This document shows positions 9,542 to 17,247 of a DNA stretch of 27,376 bases, piece after piece (within the stretch, counting starts at the first letter, position 1; each line of letters starts with the position of its first letter). The stretch spans positions 1 through 27,376 of the forward strand of contig JAIESS010000017.1 of NCBI GenBank assembly GCA_019745755.1, read 5' to 3'. This stretch comes from Alphaproteobacteria bacterium. GTDB lineage: Bacteria; Pseudomonadota; Alphaproteobacteria; Paracaedibacterales; JAKBAR01. The notes beneath the pieces are model-generated. The model was not told the DNA's origin and made no database searches. It saw nothing but the letters and a program-made list of their open reading frames with translations. The position numbers and the translations under genes are program-made.

Positions 9542-11073
9542 TGACGGATAACATCAAACCAAGTGCCCCACCTAAGACTAGGACAAGCACTGAGTCAGAT
9601 ACACAGGCTAAGTCAAAAGAGGCCGCAACAGATAGTTCCAAAAACTCCACAAAAAATGGTACTTTGCCTCCATTGGTTAACCAAAAAGCAACAAAATACG
9701 CATCCCAACTCGAGCAAGACCATCAGCACCTTAATCAAATGAAAAAGGGTAATGATCAGTTTGCCACCGTTAAAAAACGTATGCCTGGTCTTGGAAGGCC
9801 CACAGCCCTTTTAGAAGAAGGACAACCTAAAGGAAGCCGTCTTAGTATTTTTATTGTCAGTATTATGATTCTAGCATTTCTTGCTTGGGCGTCTTTAACC
9901 CCTATAAAAGAAGTGGCTATTGCTCAAGGCCAAGTTGTTCCATCCACCTTTGTTAAAACCATACAACATCTTGAGGGGGGCATTATTAAACATATTTATG
10001 TTGAGGATGGCTCTGAAGTTAAAGAAGGTGACATTCTTATTCAATTAGATACGGCCTCCGCAACCTCCGAACTCGAACAAATTCATGCACGAGAAACATC
10101 CCTTCGTATCAAAGCAGAAAGACTTAGAGCTTTTGGTATGAATGAAAAACCAGATTTTAAACAATTCAGTGGTAATTTTCAAAATCTCGTCGAAGATCAA
10201 CAGTCTATTTTTGATATGCAAAGCAAAAACCGTGATGATCAACGGGAAATCATTCAAAAGCAGCTTAATCAACGTAAAGCAAGCCTTACAGCTCAAGAAG
10301 GTCGTGTTAAAGACTTAGAACATCGTGTGAGTGTTCTTGAAAAACAACGTGATGTTCTAAAGGGCTTATATGAAAAGCATCTTAAAACAGGTACAGAATA
10401 CCGTGGCGCTGAAGACCTCTTATCGGAAGTGATGGTCGAATTAAATCAAGCAAAAAACACGGCGCTCGAAAGCCAACAAGGTATTGGTGAGCTTGAAAGT
10501 CGTTTTTTGGAACTTGATACGCGTCTTCGCAATGAATCTCTCATCGAAATGGGTAATGTAACAGGTGAGATTGCGCAACTCATAGAGGCAAAACTCAAAC
10601 AACAAGATCGCGTAAAACGACTTGCCATTACAGCTCCCGCTGCAGGTATTATCAAAGGACTTAAAAACACAACACTTCAAGGTGTGATTCAACCGGGTGC
10701 CGAAATTCTTCAAATTGTCCCCAAAGAAAATCTTGAAATTGAAGCCAAAGTACAACCCAAAGATATGGGCAAGCTTCGTTCGGGACAAAATGTGATGGTT
10801 AAAGTTACAGCCTATGACTACACACGTTACGGTGGCATTAACGGAACAGTAAAAGCAGTCTCAGCAACAACCTTTGTCGATGATAAAAATGTTCCCTATT
10901 ACCGTGTCCTTATTTCATTAAAGAAGAACTACCTTGGTGAGGACCCGCATAATAATCATTTAACCCCAGGCATGACGGTTCAAGCTGATATTGAAACAGA
11001 TCAAAAAACGCTTCTTGCCTATCTTGTCAAACCCGTCTATATCGCTGTCCAAGAATCTTTTAGAGAGAGATAG
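9541..11073 (+). CDS. HlyD-family type I secretion membrane fusion protein
   Basis: Single TM helix, QGQVVPS..VKTIQHLEGGII, long coiled coil, ITAPAAGII, AYDYTRYGGINGTV and PGMTVQADIETDQKTLLAYLVKP motifs; TGATG coupling to the second ABC gene. Confidence 0.95.
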   Translation: MTDNIKPSAPPKTRTSTESDTQAKSKEAATDSSKNSTKNGTLPPLVNQKATKYASQLEQDHQHLNQMKKGNDQFATVKKRMPGLGRPTALLEEGQPKGSRLSIFIVSIMILAFLAWASLTPIKEVAIAQGQVVPSTFVKTIQHLEGGIIKHIYVEDGSEVKEGDILIQLDTASATSELEQIHARETSLRIKAERLRAFGMNEKPDFKQFSGNFQNLVEDQQSIFDMQSKNRDDQREIIQKQLNQRKASLTAQEGRVKDLEHRVSVLEKQRDVLKGLYEKHLKTGTEYRGAEDLLSEVMVELNQAKNTALESQQGIGELESRFLELDTRLRNESLIEMGNVTGEIAQLIEAKLKQQDRVKRLAITAPAAGIIKGLKNTTLQGVIQPGAEILQIVPKENLEIEAKVQPKDMGKLRSGQNVMVKVTAYDYTRYGGINGTVKAVSATTFVDDKNVPYYRVLISLKKNYLGEDPHNNHLTPGMTVQADIETDQKTLLAYLVKPVYIAVQESFRER

Positions 11074-11212
11074 GTCATGGGTTTTGTGCGCAATATTCTG
11101 TAATAGTTCCATCTCCTTCCAAAGATCAATATTTTTGCCTAAATGTCTGAATGACATCGTGTAATAGGTTTAGTTGTTTAATCCCCAAAAAAATCACCTC
11201 TACACAAACTTC

Positions 11213-11244
11213 TTAACCTTTTGTTAACACTTTCGCCTTACTTT
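11213..11244 (+). promoter_or_regulatory. CtrA-type box plus -10 upstream of the 11286 orphan
   Basis: TTAA-ccttttg-TTAAC (11213-11228); TACTTT at 11239-11244, 11 nt after the second TTAA. Confidence 0.7.
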
Positions 11245-11285
11245 ATGTATTAGAGCGGCAACAGCTACTCTCGCCATTTACTTGA

Positions 11286-11867
11286 ATGACAAAAAGGAGA
11301 ACACCTATGATTGCAGTCTATGTTTTTGTTAGCCTATTTATTGCTGGCCTATGCACGATGGTGTCTGCAGGAGCACCAGGGTCTTCAGCAGTAGTGACAC
11401 CCTCTCCTTATAGTCAAGGGGTTCAAAAAGCTAAAAATGAAGCAATCATTAAAGATTATTTTAATAGTCATGGGAAAAATGTTGGCACCACAGAAGCCCT
11501 CATGAATGCGGGAGAGTCTTCTGAAAGAAGTCAGCGATTAAGAGGAGTTGACCGTATTGATGGTGTCGATATAGAAAACACGCACACTCCTTCGAAAGAC
11601 GAGGCTATACGATCTGTCGATGACCACGTGAGGCAAGCCCAAAATGCCGTCGAGCAAGATCTTAAACAAACAGCAATTGTTGAAAATGTTGTAAGTAATG
11701 AGAAGAACCCTCCTGCTTTTGCAAAAAATGAGGCTGGTGAGCCAGATAACGTGAATGAACTCGTCAGGCGCGAAGAACATAAACGGGGTGAAGATGTGAA
11801 ACGTGACCCAATTCCACCAGAGGTTATTCGACAAGCTATGAAATACAGCGCACTTGGTGGAGCATAG
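11286..11867 (+). CDS. Hypothetical exported protein
   Basis: 193-aa ORF filling the gap; basic N-terminus plus hydrophobic stretch ending VSA-GA (Sec signal-like); acidic and probably largely disordered mature part. No family recognised. Confidence 0.75.
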   Translation: MTKRRTPMIAVYVFVSLFIAGLCTMVSAGAPGSSAVVTPSPYSQGVQKAKNEAIIKDYFNSHGKNVGTTEALMNAGESSERSQRLRGVDRIDGVDIENTHTPSKDEAIRSVDDHVRQAQNAVEQDLKQTAIVENVVSNEKNPPAFAKNEAGEPDNVNELVRREEHKRGEDVKRDPIPPEVIRQAMKYSALGGA

Positions 11868-11956
11868 ATACAAAAAAGGAAATTTCTCGACATTTGGGCG
11901 CTATGAGCGTAGTTTTGATGGATTAAATTTACATAATTATTACCTGTTTATACACC

Positions 11957-12595
11957 ATGGACCAACAACGTCGTCGTTTATGGGGCAGATCTCTATCTCG
12001 CCCCCTCTCCCCTACTCTTGAGGCTCTTTATGAAAAGAGGATGGGTACGCTCTCCTATGATACAAAAGATCAAACGTTTTGGAAGACATTCTCATCCTAT
12101 ACCCTGGAAATTGGTTTTGGCGACGGCGAACATTTTCTCCAAATGGTGCGCGCTCATCCTGATCAAGGATTTATTGGGTGTGAACGCTTTATCAATGGTG
12201 TTGCGAAAGTTATAAAATCCCTTGATGAGAATCCTGCATCAAACGTACGTCTTTATGTTGATGATATCCATTTGCTTTTAAAAAATATTCCTCGTAGTAT
12301 TTTGAGTAAAATCTATGTCCTTTTTCCGGATCCCTGGCCGAAAAAGCGTCATAACAAACGTCGCCTTTTAAACCGTGATTTTATAACGCAATGCCATCAT
12401 CACATTACCCCCGGCGGACTCCTTTGTATGGCCTCCGACATTGAGGATTACCGAGAATTTATCCAAGAAGAAATCGAGACCATTCCTCACTTGTTTGAGG
12501 TTGATGCAATCACTGAAGCACCTCTTACAAAATATGGCCGAAAAGCTGTGCGGGAGGGCCGTACATCTAAAATGTTTATCTATAAAAAAATTTAG
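11957..12595 (+). CDS. trmB: tRNA (guanine-N7)-methyltransferase
   Basis: LEIGFGDGEH, FIGCE, IYVLFPDPWPKKRHNKRRL and ASDIEDY motifs. Confidence 0.95.
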   Translation: MDQQRRRLWGRSLSRPLSPTLEALYEKRMGTLSYDTKDQTFWKTFSSYTLEIGFGDGEHFLQMVRAHPDQGFIGCERFINGVAKVIKSLDENPASNVRLYVDDIHLLLKNIPRSILSKIYVLFPDPWPKKRHNKRRLLNRDFITQCHHHITPGGLLCMASDIEDYREFIQEEIETIPHLFEVDAITEAPLTKYGRKAVREGRTSKMFIYKKI

Positions 12596-13110
12596 ACGCT
12601 GTCGACCCCTTAATTATATAAGCCATAGGTAGATTTCAGCACGCCCTGCAAAAGCAAGATAGACCGAAGCTGTTTTATCCTAACAGCTCACAAGATCTTG
12701 AAAATACTTGAGTTTATTGAACATGCGCTCAATCAGTTTGCGCTGTTTATAGTTGCGCCCTTTAAAGGTCTTTGTCAAAACACTGCACCTCCTTGCAATT
12801 GAATTGGGGAGGATGAGGTGGGCCCCATAGCTTTTGATTCTTCTACAATATAATTCGCGTCATATCCCTTATCAGCAAGCAGAGCTAAGTCTTTACCCAT
12901 TCCATGTCAGCATCATCAGCCAGAAGGGTGTAAAAATTATCTGCCATCAAAAAAGGTTTGAGGAAATTTTTATCTCTTGTCTGCCCAGCGTTTAAAGCGT
13001 TTATGCGCACTTGACCACTTGCCATAGTCAGGTGGAAGCGATAACCAACAGTCACCGCTTTGGCCCACCCAAATCCCCCCTCCACAGAGCGATGATTATC
13101 CTGCGCCGTA
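12593..13110 (-). mobile_element. Decayed IS5-family (IS427/IS1031-like) insertion sequence, 3' half only
   Basis: Minus-strand fragments in different frames: RFHLT, LLADKGYDANYI (about 12882-12847), KEVQCFDKDL, and KQRKLIERMFNKLKYFQDLVSC*DKTASVYLAFAGRAEIYLWLI* (stop at 12614-12616, internal TAG at 12680-12682). These match the IS5 DDE transposase C-terminus (ADKGYDA...RNLIERMFNKLK.FRRIATRYDKTA...LWL). Candidate end TA|GACGCTGTCGACCCC at 12593. Left boundary approximate. Confidence 0.85.
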
Positions 13111-13130
13111 ACACCCCTTTACATAACACT

Positions 13131-14228
13131 CTATACATTAAACCTAAAATGAAATACATCCCCATCTTGGGCAACATAGTCCCTACCTTCAAGGCGTAGT
13201 TTGCCGGCCGTTTTGGCACCGGCCTCCCCCTTACAATCGACATAATCTTGATAGCTGATCGTCTCAGCACCAATAAAGCCGCGCTCAAAGTCTGTATGTA
13301 TACGCCCCGCAGCCTGGGGGGCTTTGGAACCACGCGTTGTTGTCCATGCACGCGCTTCTTTAGGACCAATGGTGAAGAAGGTAAGAAGCCCTAAAAGTTT
13401 ATACCCTTCATTGAGAATTTGGTAAAGACCCGTTTGCTTAAGGCCCAGGCTTTGCAAAAATTCAAGCTGATCCCCTTTGGGAAGGGTTGCTACTTCCGCT
13501 TCAATAGCTGCTGAAATAACAATGGATTTCGCACCATTTTTAGCAGCATACTCTGCAACAGTGTGGCTGTATGCATTTCCTGTTGCTGCATCATCCTCAG
13601 ATACATTGCACACATAAAGAATAGGCTTGCTTGACAGTAATTGCAGCTGTTGATAAAGGTCTTCTTTATTTTTATCAGGCTTATATATGGATGCAGGCTT
13701 GCCGTCTTGGAGGAGTTTGAGAATGTCTGCTGCCATCTCTCCCATGTCTTTGGCATCCTTATCACCACCTTTAGCGCGCTTAGCAAGGCTTTGAACGCGT
13801 TTTTCTAAGCCCTCCATATCGGCAAGCATAAGCTCCGTCTCGATAGTGGTAAGATCTCTGAGTGGGTCCACTTTACCATCCACATGGGTGATATCGTCAT
13901 TATCAAAACAGCGCAGCACATGAACAATGGCATCCACTTGACGAATATGACCAAGGAATTGATTGCCCAGGCCCTCACCCTTGCTAGCACCACGTACAAG
14001 TCCCGCAATATCCACAAACTCAAGTTGGGTTGGAATGATTTTTTGAGATCCTGCAAGAGCTGCTAGCGTATCAAGACGTTCATCCGGCACACCCACACGC
14101 CCTGTATTGGGTTCGATGGTGCAAAATGGATAGTTCGCTGCTTCCGCTGCCTGCGTTGCTGTAAGCGCATTAAAAAGGGTGGACTTTCCCACATTAGGAA
14201 GCCCAACAATACCGCAATTAAATCCCAT
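13131..14228 (-). CDS. ychF: Ribosome-binding ATPase YchF (Obg family)
   Basis: GIVGLPNVGKSTLFNALT, ANYPFCTIEPN, DIAGLVRGASKGEGLGNQFL, HTDFERGFI and C-terminal DGDVFHFRFNV. Confidence 0.98.
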   Translation of the reverse strand: MGFNCGIVGLPNVGKSTLFNALTATQAAEAANYPFCTIEPNTGRVGVPDERLDTLAALAGSQKIIPTQLEFVDIAGLVRGASKGEGLGNQFLGHIRQVDAIVHVLRCFDNDDITHVDGKVDPLRDLTTIETELMLADMEGLEKRVQSLAKRAKGGDKDAKDMGEMAADILKLLQDGKPASIYKPDKNKEDLYQQLQLLSSKPILYVCNVSEDDAATGNAYSHTVAEYAAKNGAKSIVISAAIEAEVATLPKGDQLEFLQSLGLKQTGLYQILNEGYKLLGLLTFFTIGPKEARAWTTTRGSKAPQAAGRIHTDFERGFIGAETISYQDYVDCKGEAGAKTAGKLRLEGRDYVAQDGDVFHFRFNV

Positions 14229-14506
14229 AACCTGCTATTTCTTTTCGTTTTATTTTCTTAAGCTTTACATGATTTATAGCCAGCCTGGAACTGTTTTTGT
14301 GTATCTCTAGACAAAACCAAAGACGTATTGACCCTCAAGGTTTATGAACGTTTTTTCTAACTCATCTTTTATTCTTTATATATCCTCATATATTCCTTAA
14401 TAAAATTGCCCACAAGGATATATACATATCAACAAGTGAGCAATTTTCATATATTTTATTGGGTTTAATTCCACAGCCTACTTTTTAAATCGCTGCAGTT
14501 TTTTTA

Positions 14507-16231
14507 TCATGTCCCCCTCATCAATGCTGCAGACATACCCCCCCCTCCTGTTGGCGCTGGCGTTGGTGTTGGTGTTGGTGTTGGTGTTGGTGTTGGTGTT
14601 GCTGGCTTTTCTTCTTCATCAGACAAAATAAGGCCGACAACAGCTCCTTTTCCATTGATTTTATGCTCTTTGACTACTACTCCATCCTCTGTAAATTTCT
14701 TTTTCATAGCAGGCACAGTTCCTAATTGCGGCGTAGGGTAAATCATAGCTTCTTGGCTAGAAACGGCCTCATAAACTTTATCTGAAAGATCCTGTTTAGG
14801 GGTAGCTTCTCCGCGTTTTTCAGGTTTGATTGCCATACATATTTTCATCTCTTTAGAAGTAAAATATTTACGAAATTCTTTTAAATCATCTGGGTTTGAC
14901 AAAAGTTCAAAATCAAAATTATCGACGCGCTTGTCGCAATCTTTTCTTCTTTCCTCATCCGTCATATCTTCAAAAGCTACCACTTTTGGCGCCTCTTTCT
15001 TAGCTGGTTCAGCTTTCTTTGGTTCTTCTTTTTTAACTGACAGTTTTTGAGCCATAACCATACCACCTTCAGTTTTGACAACCTCTAGCCCGGCATTTCT
15101 CGCTTGGGCGGTACAACCATTTTCTGCCATAGTGGTTTCGCTAAGAGGAATCCCCTTTATGAAAGCTTGGCAAGCATTATTAAAGATTTTGCCTTCCTCA
15201 CTAAGAGAGCAATTATTTTTTGTGGAAGAGCTTAGGATACCCGTTAACATGCGCTGAGAACCGATGGGCGTTTCGATTAAATCGGCACAAGCTTGTTTAT
15301 TTTCTTGTTTGCCTTGTTCAAGGCGTTTTTTCTCTTTTTCTTTCTTTTTCTTTGCAGCGGCTTTTTGCATTTCTTCTTCTTTTTTCTTTGCAGCTGCAAG
15401 CTGTTGTGGTGTCTGTTTTTGAGGTCTAGCGCCTGGTTTTGTTGTTGGATGAGGCGTTCCTGGTCTTCCACCAGGGTGTGATACACCTCTTTTATTTTTC
15501 TTACGTTCCTCTATCTTACGTTCAATAGCCGCTTCAATTTGAGAAGGCATAATGCATACATTATCAGACGCAGCCTTAGTCGTTGTACGTTGCGGAGAAG
15601 GATTTTGTTTATCGGCGAGAAGAGCACTTTTTACCACTCTATTTTGATGTGCTAATGGTAATGGCTTACTGTTTCTATTGTATAAATTTTTATGAATCCA
15701 GTTTGATCTTTCTTCTTGAGTCATACCTCTTCCAGAGGTTACTTGATCAATCAATCTATAGTTTTCTTGTTGCAAGTTATTAGTAGCTACACGTCGTTGA
15801 GAAGGCCTTTGCGTACTGGCACGTGGGGGGGTTTCATTCTTTGCAATTTTACCCTTTAAAATTCTGTTTTGCATGGCAGCTGATTTGCCAACAAGATTTT
15901 GATTGATCCATGCCTTTTTTTGTTGAGGAGACATGCCGCTTGTTGCGTCTTCAAGGATGGCCCGGTTTTCAAGTTGTAGAGCCGATGCAGCAACGGCTTG
16001 ACTCGCACTCTGCGTTGCGCCTTTAATAGCCCCTGTTGCAACTTTTGTTACACCTTCTCTTATATGCTGGGTCAGAGTTTTTGATTGAGGCGCTTGTTTT
16101 TGAGGCGCTCTCTTCTGAGCCGTTGTTGTGCGTCTGTTTGTTTGCGTGCTTGCTTCGACACTTGTTAAGGCAGTGACCGCCAAAAGCGAAAGCGCAATAA
16201 TTGATTTTAATGTCATTTTTTCCTCATTCAT
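14507..16231 (-). CDS. Hypothetical exported protein with internal repeat, Lys/Glu-rich helix and Pro-Thr tail
   Basis: 574-aa ORF ending in a double stop (TGA TAA); signal peptide MTLKSIIALSLLAVTALTSVEA (true start probably ATG 16216); low-complexity linkers. No family recognised. Confidence 0.8.
   Translation of the reverse strand: MNEEKMTLKSIIALSLLAVTALTSVEASTQTNRRTTTAQKRAPQKQAPQSKTLTQHIREGVTKVATGAIKGATQSASQAVAASALQLENRAILEDATSGMSPQQKKAWINQNLVGKSAAMQNRILKGKIAKNETPPRASTQRPSQRRVATNNLQQENYRLIDQVTSGRGMTQEERSNWIHKNLYNRNSKPLPLAHQNRVVKSALLADKQNPSPQRTTTKAASDNVCIMPSQIEAAIERKIEERKKNKRGVSHPGGRPGTPHPTTKPGARPQKQTPQQLAAAKKKEEEMQKAAAKKKKEKEKKRLEQGKQENKQACADLIETPIGSQRMLTGILSSSTKNNCSLSEEGKIFNNACQAFIKGIPLSETTMAENGCTAQARNAGLEVVKTEGGMVMAQKLSVKKEEPKKAEPAKKEAPKVVAFEDMTDEERRKDCDKRVDNFDFELLSNPDDLKEFRKYFTSKEMKICMAIKPEKRGEATPKQDLSDKVYEAVSSQEAMIYPTPQLGTVPAMKKKFTEDGVVVKEHKINGKGAVVGLILSDEEEKPATPTPTPTPTPTPTPAPTGGGGMSAALMRGT
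14562..14600. repeat. Perfect hexamer tandem repeat (GTTGGT) x6.5 encoding (TP)n
   Basis: Read directly; flanked by degenerate units gttggc/gctggc at 14550-14561 and a C8 run at 14538-14545. Confidence 0.95.
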
Positions 16232-16257
16232 AAAAGAATAGAATTGTCCTATTGTTG

Positions 16258-16289
16258 ATTGTGACGAGTAAAAGTTACTATTTCGTTAA
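16258..16289 (-). promoter_or_regulatory. One-mismatch CtrA-type box plus -10 upstream of the 574-aa orphan
   Basis: Minus strand TTAA-cgaaata-GTAAC (16289-16274); CACAAT at 16263-16258, 11 nt after the second half-site. Confidence 0.5.
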
Positions 16290-16361
16290 AATATAAAAAT
16301 ACTTTCACTTTTTAACTGCTACTAAATAATTCTTTTTATCCTTTGATCATGACTTTGATGG

Positions 16362-16379
16362 CTTCTTTGGCCAAAGAAG
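16362..16379. repeat. Perfect 18-bp palindrome CTTCTTTGG|CCAAAGAAG
   Basis: Read directly; ends 2 bp before a TTGACA. Confidence 0.9.
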
Positions 16380-16381
16380 AG

Positions 16382-16410
16382 TTGACAGATCAGGGGTAAT
16401 TGTGTAGGAA
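16382..16410 (+). promoter_or_regulatory. Probable sigma70 promoter of rpsD
   Basis: Consensus TTGACA (16382-16387), 17-nt spacer, TAGGAA (16405-16410). A -10 lacking the last T is common in alphaproteobacterial promoters. Confidence 0.6.
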
Positions 16411-16458
16411 TGGGACAATATTATGGTATCAACGTGGATACAGAAGGTTTAATCATCC

Positions 16459-17073
16459 ATGACAAAGCGCATTTCTGCAAAGCATAAAATCGATCGACGC
16501 CTTGGCGTTAACCTATGGGGCCGTGCTAAAAGCCCTGTGAATACACGGAATTATGGTCCGGGCCAACATGGTCAACAACGTAGCAAAATTTCCGACTATG
16601 GTACTCAGCTTCGTGCGAAACAAAAACTGAAGGGTTATTACGGCTCCATCAGCGAGACACAATTCCGTAAAATCTATCAAGAGGCTGCACGCCGCAAGGG
16701 TGATACCTCCGAAAACATGATTGAGATTTTGGAGCGTCGCCTTGATGCTGTGATTTATCGCATGAAATTTGCATCCACTGTCTTTGCGGCACGCCAACTT
16801 GTGAGCCATGGTCATGTGAAAGTTAATGGGAAGCGCGTGAACATTGGTTCCGTCATCATTCGTGATGGCGACGAGATTTCCGTCTCCACAAAACTTCTTG
16901 AAAATCCTGTTGTGATGACAGCAGTTGCCTCCAACGAGCGCGATGTGCCGGATTACATGGACGTTGATCATAAAAAATTGACCGGTAAGTTTATTCGTGG
17001 ACCAAAACTCTCCGATGTTCCGTATCCTGTTCAAATGGAACCGAACCTCGTCATCGAGTTTTACTCACGCTAA
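16459..17073 (+). CDS. rpsD: 30S ribosomal protein S4
   Basis: [56 protein letters not shown] and [12 protein letters not shown] (alphaproteobacterial type). Confidence 0.98.
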   Translation: MTKRISAKHKIDRRLGVNLWGRAKSPVNTRNYGPGQHGQQRSKISDYGTQLRAKQKLKGYYGSISETQFRKIYQEAARRKGDTSENMIEILERRLDAVIYRMKFASTVFAARQLVSHGHVKVNGKRVNIGSVIIRDGDEISVSTKLLENPVVMTAVASNERDVPDYMDVDHKKLTGKFIRGPKLSDVPYPVQMEPNLVIEFYSR

Positions 17074-17100
17074 ATACGCATCATCTTTATGATTCGATTA

Positions 17101-17127
17101 AAGCCCAGGTTCGCTTGGGCTTTTTTT
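17101..17127 (+). terminator. Rho-independent terminator of rpsD
   Basis: AAGCCCAGG-TTCG-CTTGGGCTT hairpin (one G:U pair, UUCG loop) followed by a T run, 27 nt after the stop. Confidence 0.9.
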
Positions 17128-17247
17128 ATGGCTGATATTTAGATAAGATACTTCAGTATTGATTCTAGTTAGAGAGATAGCACGATGAACATCCTTCGAC
17201 ATATCAGGCCTAAATTAATTTTCAACATACTTTTGGGGAGTATTTTC

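Noticed and set aside
11286-11370. Possible lipoprotein signal (IAGLC) in the 193-aa orphan
   Set aside because: AGL-C does not fit the [LVI][ASTVI][GAS]C lipobox; an SPI site VSA-GA follows.
13052-13369. 105-aa minus-strand ORF overlapping the ychF end and the IS remnant
   Set aside because: Alternative frame of ychF running into decayed IS sequence; no coherent domain.
14229-14506. 278-nt AT-rich spacer upstream of ychF as a possible sRNA or gene remnant
   Set aside because: No stable hairpin, terminator or recognisable peptide fragment could be supported by eye.
14507-14560. Pro-rich stalk followed by GGGGMSAALMRGT resembles the start of a WH2 actin-binding motif (RickA/WASP-like)
   Set aside because: The LKKV-type motif is absent, the ORF ends in a double stop, and the linker is Pro-Thr rather than poly-Pro.
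17185-17247. Apparent signal peptide on the SAM methyltransferase (MNILRHIRPKLIFNILLGSIFMANLANA), suggesting a secreted methyltransferase
   Set aside because: A strong GGGGAG RBS sits 7 nt before ATG 17248, so the hydrophobic stretch is probably untranslated. Ribosome profiling or N-terminal proteomics would settle it.
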